Positions 50,971 to 64,000 are shown, counted from the first letter of the stretch. The stretch is DNA of 64,000 nt from Camelus ferus (GCF_009834535.1 NC_045696.1:14262001-14326000), one strand, 5' to 3'. Notes: generated by a model from the sequence alone, not told the origin. A program made the numbers and translations.

Positions 50971-52537
50971 AGGAAGGGAAATACTATATTAATACTAAAT
51001 GCTCTCTTTTCCTGTGGCAACTCAGCAAATGCCATCAGTGCTAATTCAAGAAACTATGGAGTCATTCTCTCACATGAAGAAAAATTATCCTCTAACAGAA
51101 ATATCTATGCATGCTTAATAAATTAAACAGTGGCTTTAAAATTTTTAATATATGTATATTTGATCCCAGTAAAAATGATGTGAAAGAGGTAACACAGTTA
51201 TTTTAATTCCAGCTTTACAGAGAAAATAAAAATGAGACTGAAAAAGAATGGGTTTTCCTCATCCTCTCCCAGCTCCCAAGTGGCTACACAGCAGCTTTTA
51301 AATCCAGAACCCAATCTGTGTCCTACAAAGTGATTTCCTAGTCTCCTACTGAAGACTTGTCATAATAAAGAGATAACTGGTTCCCAAGGATACCCATTCC
51401 ATTGAGAAAGAGTTCCAAATTACCCCAGATTCTCTCATAATTCAACAATAAATAGTCCCAATGTACTTAGGGTCCCTGGTGGAAATACCATTATCTACAC
51501 TGGGCTCCTCTCAGACTCACTTTGCCTAATGTGGTCTCTCTCTGATCCCAGTTCCCAGATGACACGATGGGTCCCACTGACTGCTGCAGATAAGCTGATA
51601 TGACATCTTCTCGCCAGGCCTTCCAAGATGCCCAGACTCTAAGAATATTTGCAGCAGAAACCTAGGATTGCTTCTCCTAATCTGGCTTTTCCAGTAAAAG
51701 CCAGACCTCTTTCAGTAAGATGACACCTTATTGATTCCTTCTCCCTTCTTTGGCCAACAAGGTCATTTCCCCAGTCATCTGTATGATTACCTCCCCTCCA
51801 TCCTTCAGCTATCAATGTGAGTGTCTTGATCTTCTCACTCTCCATCATGTCTGGTTTTGCTGCCTCTCTTTTTTGATTTTTCTAAAATATCTCATGTGTA
51901 ACTATAAGACCAATTATGTCATCTGTATCATAAACTGAATCACTGAAAAAAAATAGATAGATATTTCCATCTTGGTTAATTTCACACCACCAGCACGAGG
52001 TCGCTGATGTGGAGTTGGGAAGAGAAGCACACAGTCGCCCTCACAAGCTGGTACAGGCTGGCTTCAGCACAATTCCGCAGGAGAGGCCTCGTGTGGCACT
52101 TGAAAAACACGGATTCTGGCTTCGAATTCTGGCTCTTCCACTCACTAGCTCTTGAGTCTTGGGCAATTCACTGAATTTTTCTGTGCCTCAATTCCCTCGT
52201 CTATAAAATGAGTATATGAAATGATACTATCTATGTCTTAAAGTTGTTGAGAAAATCCGAGTAAATATCTTTAAATCACCTAGAATAATACCAGGTCTCT
52301 AACAAGTGCTACTTAAGAGGTTGTATTTTTGATATAAAATGGCATGCGTGATCTCATTATTTCCCCAATACACCAGAGTGTGAATGCCTTGGAGTTTAGA
52401 ACTTAATCTTTTACCATTAAATTCACAGCCCCTAGTGAAGTCCAATACATCATACTTCATGAATGTTTATAATTCGGAATCTAAAATACAGAGTGGCCCA
52501 TAAAAGGTGAATTTTTGTCTTTCTTCAAAGCATCTAT

Positions 52538-52561
52538 ACACACACACACACACACACACAC
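52538..52561. repeat. (CA)n microsatellite
   Basis: Directly visible. Confidence 0.9.
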
Positions 52562-53759
52562 GCTCACATTTTATCTGCCCCTTACTTTGGATCTCAAAAT
52601 TAGTCAATGCTGAAAGACATTTCTCCATGATGAGCTGAGGTTTCTAAAACTATCTAATACTATTTGATCTCACCGTCCATTACAGAAACTTGTAGAAAAT
52701 CATATTATTTTTCTGTTTCTATATCCCCCATTCTTCTTCTTCTGAAGCCTTTATATTTCAATGATGCTCTTTGCTTGTAGAATCTCCAAGTATTGCAGTA
52801 ATAAGAGAGTTGAGAGGACAATTAGCTCTGCCTCTCCTCCGGATGCTAAATTCCATCCACAACATGTCCACAAATTAGCAACTTGAACTGGCTTAAAATC
52901 TTCAGACCTAGGGGAGCCAGGCATAGTGCCAATCTACTTTTCAGAAGGGACTAATTTTTAGAGGAATTTCTTATGTCGAGAAGTCTAACTCCTTGAATTT
53001 TCCACTGACTTCTAATAATTATGGCCTCTTGAGTTAGAAAAAGCAAATAAAATGCAGTCATTTAATACTCTTCAAACATCGAACACCACAGACAGTATTT
53101 CCTGCCCTCATTTCTATCATTTTAAATACTATGAAAGCAAGCTTCTTTTTCCTAATGAGGAATCACCCATTTTTTCACTTTTAAATGCTAGTATTCAACA
53201 CATCTGATAATTTAGTACTAAATTATTTCCTTATATTTCCCATATATCATTTTTCTATTTATTTTTATCTTTATGGAACTAATAATGGTTTGTTTTGCAA
53301 GCACACCACTGTGACTAGCTCACAATCCTATTGTACATCTTCTCTGAGGCACAGAATATCATTGTCACTGCTGTTCTTTTCTAAAAGTTGTATTTTGTTA
53401 GTTTATAGAAAGAAAAGTGGAATCACTCCAGGAGTTCCCTTTTTTATATATAGTAAAGAAAAGTAGAGTATCAAAGATCAAAAATACTCATCCTAAAAAC
53501 AAACCCTCAAGTTCTCAGCTATTTGTAGGAAGTCTTTATTATTCAATCATGATTGGTAAACTTCAACAGCTTTTATCTATTAAAAAGGAGCCATCTTCCC
53601 TCCATTCTTCGTGAAGTCAAGCATTTTTCTGCATTTGCTTCTCATATGTCTTCTCTCTCAAGTCATTTTATAATGTGAGTATTTGTAATTAATTACATGA
53701 CTGTCTTAATAAGCAACAGCTCTTTTAAACACAGGCAACATATAAGACGTCATGCCATG

Positions 53760-54740
53760 GCCAGTAGAATTCTAAGACAGCCCTTATGATTCCCACCCAC
53801 TGTCATCCAAGCTTGTTGTAATCCCCTCATCTTGATCATAGGCAGGACCTGTACCATCCTTCTATCCAGTAAAATACCATAAAAGTGATTGGACATCATT
53901 CCAAGGATTATGTTACCTCCCATGGCAAAAGTGAAAGGGAAAATGCCATATGATATCACTTATAGGTGGAATCTAAAAAAATAAAAAAAAAATAAGGACA
54001 CAATGAACTACTTATTATTTATAACTTAGATGATTGATTTCTTGAATATGTATAAGCACATTTGACTGTCCTTTATAATTGGATTACTGCATTCTGTTGA
54101 TTCTTATTTTGTAGTTGGCTTTATTCCTTTGATAACTATGTAAGTTTAAAAAGCTAAAGTTCTAATCTGTTCTTGGAAAAAAATGATCAGTATATATATA
54201 TAAATTTTTTAAAAGGATGTGCAGTATATTGTATACATATATTTACATGCAACATAATGCATATGTGCTGTCAAACTGTAATAATTCTACCTAACACAAC
54301 TGAAAAAGGAAAAATAAGAGTGAACGGATTTTGCTGATACAATTAAGGTCTGTAATCAGTTGGCTTTAAGTTAATCAAAAGGGAGATTATCCTGGATGTT
54401 ACTGACCATGTCAGGCTAGAACTCAAAAACAGCACATCCCCTCTCTCTCTCCTCCCCCTCCCCCATTGCTGATTTTAAAGAATCAAATTAAACAAATGAG
54501 TTCTATAGGATCAAGGAAATGAATTCTGCCCAAAACCCAAGGAAACAAAGTAACTTCTATTTCAGTCTCCAGTTAAGAATTCAGCCTGGCCAACAACATG
54601 GTTTTAGCCTTGGGAGACCCTGACTGGAGACCCAGTGAGGCTGTTTCCAGGCTCCTGACCTACTGGCAGATAATAAATGTATGCTGTTTTCAGCTACTAA
54701 GTTTGTGGTAATTTGTGGCACAGTTATAGGCAATGAATCC
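53760..54740 (+). mobile_element. MLT1E-like MaLR LTR interrupted by a ~390-bp insertion (53936-54324)
   Basis: agaattctaagac...gtaatcccctc...catggcaaaa | ggattttgctgatacaattaagg...gggagattatcctgg...ctaagtttgtggtaatttgt. Confidence 0.75.
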
Positions 54741-55079
54741 CGGAGGAGTTGCAAAATTGAAGACTATATATATTCTTCACTTTATGTTTTCAGAGAGCAT
54801 GTTTTGGAAGTTCCTCCTTTACCCTGCATCATCAATGACCATTAATCTCCCTCCTTCTCTTGACCATAATGCTTCTTGAAACAGTAACCTGTACTCATTT
54901 TGTTCAATTCTTTACTATTCATTCAGTCCCAAGTTAAGCAACCTGTATTCACTCTCACCACTCTGCTAAAGTATTCAGTATTTTCATGAAGAACACCATA
55001 ACCTCTTAATTATCAAACCTAAATGAAGTTTTGAAATAATTCCTTTATTATTTTATGTTCAATGATGGAAATACAAGCT

Positions 55080-55200
55080 CTTAATTTTAGTGGCCTTATT
55101 ACACTTTGCCTGAAGTGCTTAATATAACAATTTATTATCTAAAATTTAATAAAAGCAATCTGTATCAGATGATACTTTGGAGTTCAGTAACTAAGGGATG
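55080..55200. repeat. Locus-specific low-copy non-coding element, copy 5
   Basis: tagtggccttattacactttgcctgaag...caatttattatctaaaat...ttggagttcagtaact; tgcctgaag is shared with 11186-11194. Confidence 0.6.
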
Positions 55201-56179
55201 AACAAATTTTATCTGTACATAACATTCCATTTGGAGATATTTCTATATGTTTAATTATTAATAGTTGCAATTCTTCCTAGAAATTTTATTACCATCAAAT
55301 GATTTTGATGACATTTAGATGATTAACTCTTAGAATGTAATGTCTTAGTCTAAAACCTACATTTAATCTTCAAAACACTCTTATGAGGCAGGTGTTCTTA
55401 TTCCCCATAATTTATTTTTTAAAATGCAGCTTATAACAAAAGTAAGTAAATTTTCCAAGACCACAAAACAAGTAAATAAGAGAGAGAAGATTATAGCTTC
55501 AAAATCAGGAATTTTCATGCTAGTTCCTGGAATTTCAATCATTGTATGTCATTAAGTTTAGGCTTAAAAATGCCCAATTTTAATGAACTGAAATCATTAC
55601 TTCTTGTAACAGGAGATTTTAGTGGTGTTCAATGTTTCCTTCAATAATCACCTAGAATGCAGAGGTTCCCATTAATCAGGGTGTCCCAAATATCACACAA
55701 CGATAAATATATGATTTTTCCTTATATTCTGATTGCTCTCCATGGCATCTTATTTTAATGCATGTAGATACCTATCTAATTTAAATAATTATATATCATG
55801 AATCTTCATAAATAAACATGAAAATCTTCCCTATGCCCTTTGTGAATGCCACAATTAATAATTACAATTTAAAATGTGATGTAATTAATTCCAGACATCT
55901 AGGAGAAGAGTGAGTGGAGAGGATTCATCTCCAGAAAGTAAACGGTTTCTTAACTTAGGAATGCAACTTTCTACATTATTTTTATTTTACTGGAGAAAAG
56001 TAAGATCCCAGAAGCATAACCTGGAAGACAGCTATGAAGAAAACTAAATTATTCCACGTATTAAAAGAGAGAGAGAGAGAATTTGGAAATGGAGAACAGA
56101 GATGACATAGCAAATGATGGTTAATAAGGAGAGAGTTAGCCAGAGTGAAATCCTCTATGAGACAGATGGTAGAATATTT

Positions 56180-57092
56180 ATAAACCTTTCATTGCAATTT
56201 AACATGTATGCAGAAAAGTACAAGTCTGAAGTGTGCTGCTCAGTAAGTTTTCACAAAGTGAGCACAACTGGGTAACTACTGTCTATATCAAGAAAAAAAC
56301 ATCAGTTTCTCTGAAGCCACCTCTCTCCTCCTCCTTCCTACCATCCCAGTTCTCCTCCCAAAAAGGAAAACCAAAAGTATAACCAATACCATGACTTTCA
56401 ATATCATAAGTGAGTTTTACCTGTTTTTAAACTTTAAATAAACAGAATCTTCCCATCTGTTATTTTGAGTCTTTTATATATGACTTCTTTTGTTCATCGT
56501 TGTATTTCTACAACTCTTTCCCATTTTACATTTTCAAAGTAATGTGCTCTTTTTCATTTCTTAACAATATACAACTTTATGAAAGTATCACATTTGATTT
56601 ATGCATTTTACTGTTGATAAACATTTGAATTGTCTTATGTTTTGACTATTAAAAATAATGCTACCAGGAATATTCTTGTGTTATGTCTTTTTATAAACAT
56701 GTATGCATTTCTTTGGGAAATAGTCTTAGATCAAAGTACTTGATCATAGAATATGTGTAAGCTTATTTTAAAAGATTCTGTTCAGCAATTTTTCAAAATT
56801 ATACCAATATATATGCCCTCTGGCAGTAAATAGAAACCCTAATTATCTATATCTTTAATAACCCTTGATATCATCTTTTTTTTTTAACACTTTCACCATC
56901 CTGGTGGATATATAATAACATAATATTGTAGTTTCAGTTTGCATATCCCTAATAATGAAGACAAAGACTTTTAAAATGTTTGCTGGCTGTTTGAATGTCC
57001 TCCTTGGTTAAGTGTCCAAGTTTTATTTCCATTTTTCTACTGGGCTGTCTTTTTTTCTGATAATTTTATAATTTTTCATATATTTTGGCTAT
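56180..57092 (-). mobile_element. Old L1M 3' fragment abutting a KRTAP pseudogene
   Basis: atttaacatgtatgcagaaaagtacaagtc...ttttcacaaagtgagcac, gtttcagtttgcatatccctaataatga and tatattttggctataag, all typical antisense L1M. Confidence 0.75.
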
Positions 57093-57334
57093 AAGAGAAA
57101 TAACATCGTCTGAGGCAAAATGGACCATAACCATAGCCAGAACCATATTCACAGCCATACCTGGATCCACACCCACAACCCATAGCCACAACCATGCCTG
57201 GAACCGTATCCACAGTTCAGTACTTTGTAGCTCTTGCATCCATAGCCGTAGCAATAGCCACGGCCATACCCACAGCCGTAACTAGGTACACAGCCACAGC
57301 CTCCACAGAAGCTCCCATAGTAGCAGCAGCCCCT
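57091..57334 (-). pseudogene. High Gly-Tyr KRTAP (KRTAP21-like) pseudogene
   Basis: ACC-AGG replaces ACC-ATG; GCCYYGSFCGGCGCVPSYGCGYGRGYCYGYGCKSYKVLNCGYGSRHGCGY; +1 frameshift at ~57179-57181; GCGCGSRYGCEYGSGYGYGPFCLRRCYFSY, then L1. No TATA box. Confidence 0.87.
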
Positions 57335-60300
57335 GGTTTCAGGGCCAGTGGGTTACAGTAGGAAGTTCCTAATGTCACTCACACCTAGGACTCAAAATCT
57401 GTGAGGAGTGGGTGGGGCTTCTCAGTATGAATCTGTGTCTCATCCCAGTAATTTGCATAAAATGAGCTCATTATTTTGGTGACTTCAGATTTGTTATAAA
57501 ATTTCTGTTTAATTTGCTCTTACTGAAAAAGTGTATCAAGCCAATCACCAACCCTTGAAGGAAATTAACATCACCCAAGTCCTTGCTGTTAAAACATATT
57601 CAATAACCCGGTTTTAAATTATAACAGTGCCTCTCTTTGTTGACCTCTTTCCATAGTACTTCCAGGAATACTGATGATTAAATTCAACACCTCCCATAGC
57701 TGCTTCAAATGTGTAACACATACTCCCACCAGAGTAATGTCTGGCAAAAGCCAACTCATCATTTGAGATTCAACACAAACATTACCTTCTCCAGAGGGCC
57801 CTCCCTGTTCCCACAATCTGATTCACGTACCCCTTCTTTGAGGTTGCAGCTTTATTCTATCTCTACCACGAACCCTGCACATTATCCTATAATTTGCTCT
57901 TTGATTATCTACTTTCCTTACTGAATTTCATTTGCTTACCTGATATGCCTTTCATTTTGTTTATTGGACCTAGCCCAATGTCTGATTCAAGGGAGGCAAG
58001 GAGCAAATGGTGGTTTAATAAAGGAAAGAATGAATGAGTGGGAAATGATTAAATTAATGAAAGACAAAGGATCATTAGATCTAATAATATTTAATATCCT
58101 TCTAATTCTAATATTCCACTTTTATTACTTTAATATAGAGAAAAAAACACAAATTTCAACAGTAATAGTTAACCACAAATATTAGCAATCATATTTGATT
58201 ATAAAACACTCCCACCCATGTTAGCCCATGTTATTCTCAAAAGAGTCCTGCGAGAAATATTTTATATTTGTTCTCATCATTTTATAAACAGACTGGTGTT
58301 AGAGGTTAAGTTATTTACGAGACCACTCAGCTTTTCAGCATCAGAACTTACCAGGTCTTTCAAATCTGACTTCCATACTTTTTCCTTAATGTCTCAAAAC
58401 AAGAGAAAGATAAATAAAAGCATTCATTACTGTTTTTTATATTCACTACATCTTCTAAATAACAAACATTCATGATTCTTTCCTTTTACATATCAAATCT
58501 TTTTATCTCCTTTTTGATCTTCATCACTGTAGTTGAACCAGGAATGCTTCTTAAGCAAATCACTTTAATAAGCTCTTGGATTTGCTGCAAAACTACCTTC
58601 AAACTCAAGGTGCCATGTTCTTATGGTAATTCTATGTTATTCTCTGGTTTTGGAAAGAGGGACCCCATTATTTTTATGACAAGGAGTTATAGAATACTAA
58701 GAGTTAAGGAGAAAGAACAATTATTTTTCTAATAGTTTTAGTTTTTAATCTTATGTAATAACGTGTCATAAATCCACAACCTCCATGTTGAAGACATGCC
58801 TTTTATTCAAACTTTCCTCAGCCTGTGTTATTATTGTGGGGGCTGTGATTACCCTTTCCTATAATAATCTTCTGAAATGTCAATCCTTCCAGTTCTAGGA
58901 CTTATTATAAATGTGTTTTTCCGTTGCCATTACCACAAAGTTGATCTTATTACAATAATCTTTATTTGCATTAATTCTCTTGTTTGCTTTTCTGTGGTTG
59001 TCAGACAACTGGTGAACATTTATTAAGCACGTACAATCTGAAATGCATTAATATATTGAATTTTTAAATGTGTCCCTGTCTTCTAGATTTAAACTTCTTT
59101 TTCAGAAACTCCCTTTTAACCCTGCATGTCTCCTGTCTGTCCCAGTTGTACTTTTTTTTCATGTTATTGACCTCTACTTCTTCACTGACATTTCAACCTC
59201 ATCATCCACTGCAACTGTTCTTGGTAAAAAAAAAAACCCTAGTAATGACTCATGTTACAATTGTCAATATCTATTTTATTTGCCCATTTTCTAGCATATT
59301 AACCATGCCTTTTTCTTGAAAACTTGCTATCTTCAGTTTCCTGATAATAGGCTTTTTTAGTTCTAATCCTGCTTCTCTAAAAAAATTCTTATTTTTCATT
59401 AGCTCCTCTTAATGTACCTTCTGTTTATTCTTTTATTTAGTAGGATTGCCATAATTCTGTCTTCACCACCTATTTCTCATTCTCTGTGTGCTTACCAAGT
59501 TACCTCTCCTCTCCCATTGTTTTAACTACCTGTAATTCCACGTACCTAAATCCAGCTTGCTAAAGAAGAAAATTTCTCATGAATGTCCCCAGATACCATA
59601 AAGCCTACAGCTCTTTCTCACCACTGTATTTCTTAGGATCTGAAGTAGTGCCCAAAACTTTGCTAGATCCAATAGATGATTCTTACATGGATCAAAGAGT
59701 AAATATACCTTATTCATCCTTAAATCTTCTCTTCCTCCTATGTTTCTACTCCCCATGATTGGTACAACCCAATCACTCAAGCCACAGACTTAAGAATTAC
59801 CCTTAACAATAACATCTCCATCAACCACCAACATCCAGGTAGTCATCAAGCCTTGATTCTACCTCCTATGTGTATCTCTGGAATCTGCATCATCCCCTCA
59901 GGCCATGCTCTATTCACTGTCATCATCATCGTCATCTTTCCTGCATTATTAGTGTGAATTATTTGGTCTTTCTGACACCAATTCATTTTACAAACATACC
60001 ATAACGTTTTTAAGCTGCAAGTCTAACTGAGTGCCTTCACTAATTCGAGTCAATACTCCCCATCACCATGAGAGTGAAACACAAATTCTGAATTATAACA
60101 TGTCATACTAAATATGGCCTTACTTTTGCCAAACTACTCACAGTACAAAGATATGGATCCTAGACTGCAGGAGGTTATTAATAAGTATCTGTTGTATTTA
60201 GTCGGCAAGAAGAATAGCAGGCTTCTCATACTCTCCTGCCTTTTCACATGCTACTTTGACTGCCTGGAATATCAGGGCAAACCGAGCCTTTATGTATTTT

Positions 60301-61944
60301 GTGAAGTTTTTAAGACCTCCTTTTATACTAGGCAGTGTCTAGCACAGTATTACATTAATGGCTTTACAGATTAGTAGACACATGAATTAAAAAGAGGAAT
60401 TACTTTTATCTATTGTTTTGGTATTCATTTTGAGCCTTAAATACAAAGTAAAGATGTATATATAAGTCTTAATCAAAAGCAACAGCATAGTATGCTGAGC
60501 ATAACTTTGTGACAATTTTCATTTAATTTTTTAATTTCTTTTCTTGTAAAGTCTATGAATAGCTTGGGCACACTGATTTTGTTTGTTCATTTACCTTACA
60601 TTCTCCCATTGCCTATCATGCACAGAAACTAGCCTATATATAGGCTTAATTATTTCTCACATGGATCGGAATGAAATGAGACAGAATGGGATAGAATGGA
60701 ATGGAATTGGCTTGGATACAAAAAGTTAACTTTCATGATAATGTCTAGGATGGATTACAGAAAAGAAAAACTGAAGTCATATAGAACTTTATAAGATTTT
60801 TACACTAGATAAAAGGCAAGGAATTTCCAGCCTAGATAGTTGACATGACACTCCAAGGAAGGATAAGATATAAGATACACAAATACAAGAGATGGGCTTT
60901 GGCAGTGATGGTAAAGGAGAACTGGAGGATGATGTTAAACTTTAAGACCTTTGCAACTTGGCAAAGATGACATCATTTTAATATTTATTATCTTACTTCT
61001 CTTTACAGTTGAGGTGATTTCAGTTCTCTATGTGTAAGCTCTTTGGGATCAAGGAAAGATTCCCACAAAACATGATGAGAAAGTGGCCCAGTTTTCATTA
61101 CCTGGCAATAACAGTGATTAAAATGAGTAATGAAAGCTCTGATTTTCATCTCCGCTGGGTATTTCACAGCCTGGAGATGCTCATAAAAGGAATGATCTAG
61201 TTATTAGCTTTGCACCTTTGACTACTGCTGTAACCACCACAATCCCTTATTATAAACACAGTTTGCAGTCATTGCATCATTTATTTTGTCATCGTAGCAT
61301 AACAGCAAGTGGGGTAACCACGACAAAGTATAAATGTGGGCCTGCCTAAGTGTCCCTGTTAGGAATGACCCTACCAGCTTTACATAAGATATTTTTTTTT
61401 TCTGAAAAACTCTGGTTCACCAACAAACTCTAATTGGCTAAATGTCTGGAGAACATAAGTTTCAATGACAACTGGTCAATACTTCTTTAAAATCATAGGA
61501 GAATTCAGGGGAGCCAGTGCATGTCTTGTGATCTGAGTTATGCTGATGCTGTTAGAAAAGCAAGAAATGCTTCTTTCACAAGTACTAAGACTGTGTTTGT
61601 AACAACCGAGTCACCTAAACTAGAACTGAATGGCAAACCACGTGTGGGATGTGAGCCAAGATATTTTTTGTGCCAATTGTATAATTTCACTGTGTTTCAC
61701 AAGAGAAATCTATAGCAACATGGCATATGGTGTTGAAAGAAAAAGAAAATTATCTCAAAGAAGATACAACTGTGTCTACAATCCTATGAAATGTTATATA
61801 TATGCAGCTCAGAATTGAAATTCATGAAAAGTCCTATAATAAACTAGACTTTTTAAAACAGGTAGCAAGGGAATTCATGATGGTCCTCTCTGCACTATAT
61901 ATGACACTTGGTAATTAACCTAATTTTCCAATTGGCATAAGGTT

Positions 61945-62300
61945 ATTTCTGTGAATTGAATTGTGTCCCCCTAAATTCATATGTTGAAACCCTAACCCTC
62001 AATGTGATGGTATTTGAAGATGGGACTTTGGGGAATTGATTAAGTTTAGATGAGGTCATGAGGATGAGGATAATTTCTTCCTCATGAAGAAATCAGTGTC
62101 CTTATAAGAAAGGAGTACACTGAAGCGTTTACTTCTTCTCTCTCACTCTGCCCTGTGAAAGACATAGCAAGAGGGAGTCCATCTGAAAGCCAGAAGGAGA
62201 TTTCTCACCAAGGAACCTTGATCTTGAACTTACCAGCTTCCAGAACCATGAAAAATAAATTCTTACTATATAAGCCACCCAGTCTATGCTGACTAATATA
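61945..62300 (+). mobile_element. MLT1A-like MaLR solo LTR
   Basis: gaattgtgtccccctaaattcatatgttgaaaccctaacc...tagatgaggtcatgagg...ccagcttccagaacc...taagccacccagtctatg. Confidence 0.85.
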
Positions 62301-64000
62301 GTTATTATCAGCTTAGATCTGGTTCTGACATCTTTAGTTGCAACAATAACACTCAAGTCAGGAGGCTGACTGTTCCTATTTAGATTAATTACAGTGGCTA
62401 GAAGAGTACAGATCAAAATAGAAATTGCTCAAATGATAGGTACAGTTAAAAAAAGACAAAAGTCTAGAACAGATTAAAATTTTATATTTTAACAGATAAT
62501 TGAAATAATATATCCAAGTCCAACTTTTCTATTTGTAAGTCCCTAGAATTCAAGAAGCTCACAAACAAATTGCAAAGCTACAATCCGGTATGTTTTATAC
62601 AATATAATTTGACTCTTCCTAAACTTTCATCTTTTTAAATCACTTATTTTATTCTTACAAGTTAAAGATCTAAAATCCAAATTCTTTTGTTAAACTTAAG
62701 GAAAAAATTCTCCTAAATTTCTTAATCAGTTTCATCTCAATGGAAGCAAACTTTCATCTTAACGAGAACCAAGTTGATCACTTTTTTATTTAAACATTTT
62801 ATGCAGAAAGCAGAGCAAATCAATTCGCAAGATGCCCTTTCTATATTATCATTGAGTAAATATCTATTCATTACAAATTGTTGTAGAAAGAAACTAATAG
62901 GCAAAATAAAAAAGAAAATGGCTGAGTAGAAGAAAGAAGGAGGGGAGACGGTTTGAGGTTACTGCTTAATTTTCAAAATTTATTTTGGAGGGACAATAGC
63001 ATAAACTGTGTCAAAAAATGAAAACAAAATAGTTTCTGGACCGTCAGTTCTCTTTAACAGTGAAAAATAGAGGAGTTAAACATCAAATGCAAAGTTATAC
63101 AAGGCACTAGAAAACACATAGCTACAAATTAACTGACTTTCCATACTAAAGAAAATATAAACAATTGCATCAATAAATTAGCATATAAATATGATATCAC
63201 AATTCAATTATTTTCACTTCCGTTGAGTTTTATACTCAATCAATGAGAAATAAGCAGGAAACAATACATTAGATCTCTTACCTCCTCTTTTCATTTCCTT
63301 ATGCTTGAAATATCTCTAAAATAAATGAATTGATATAGCTTGGTAGATGATTCTTTTTAATTGCAGTAAGTATTTTTATTTTCTACCCCATAACAGTAGC
63401 AAGATTTTATCTCCCTGCCTAGGTTTTAAGCTTTGAACTATTAATTCAGGTAATAAATACCACAGAATAGTGCTTGATCAAATATAAGACAAAATTAAAT
63501 AAATACAAAAATACACCTCTCATTGGTCCCTCATATAATCCAACTCACAGAAAGGTCTGGATTTTTCAACAATGTAACCAGGAAAACACCTAGATCCTGT
63601 CTTCATGTAATCAAATGTCATATCTGAAACCTGAAAAAAAAATAGACAGTGTTCTAGCTATTTAAAATATCTGAATGTTTAGTTCTTGAACACAGTGTCT
63701 ATATTTGCTAAAATTTCTAATTTTCAAATATTTGTCACGGTCCAAGAAAAAGAAAAAGAATCAGTCATGCACTCTATTTCTGAGGAACCCCTCAGGCCAT
63801 TGATTAATGCAATCAATTGAGTACTAGACCATTACGTCTGATTAAGCATTCCCTGATTTTATCAGCAATTTAAGAACTCCAGCTTAATTCTGAGGAGGGA
63901 ATTTAAAAGTATTAAAATTTATATATATTTTCTTCTTCAGGAGGGAAAAACTTCTTTTGGTGTTCAGTCTACACAAGTGGTAATCTGTGGAGCCAAACAT

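Overview
This is AT-rich, repeat-rich mammalian DNA, probably from a camelid (inferred from a tRNA-Ala-derived vic-1-like SINE, artiodactyl-type L1 3' ends, and no Alu, Bov-tA, PRE-1 or CAN SINE seen). It holds part of a high glycine-tyrosine keratin-associated protein cluster (KRTAP21 family) with nine single-exon loci, all on the minus strand. Four are intact KRTAP21-1-like paralogs (124, 60, 80 and 84 aa) in a ~5-6 kb tandem array. One is an intact 43-aa KRTAP21-2-like gene missed by the ORF track, one is frameshifted, and three are pseudogenes. The array history is readable by eye: an L1 insertion and a ~2.7 kb deletion shared by three units, an empty L1 site in the fourth, and sharp gene-conversion-like tracts. 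The most notable unexplained structure is a ~150-240 bp non-coding element found five times in the same orientation, four of them 1-4.6 kb upstream of a KRTAP locus, plus a conserved AGCTCATT proximal promoter motif. Together they may form a cluster-specific hair-fibre regulatory module. All alignments and repeat-family names were judged by eye or from memory, so boundaries are approximate.
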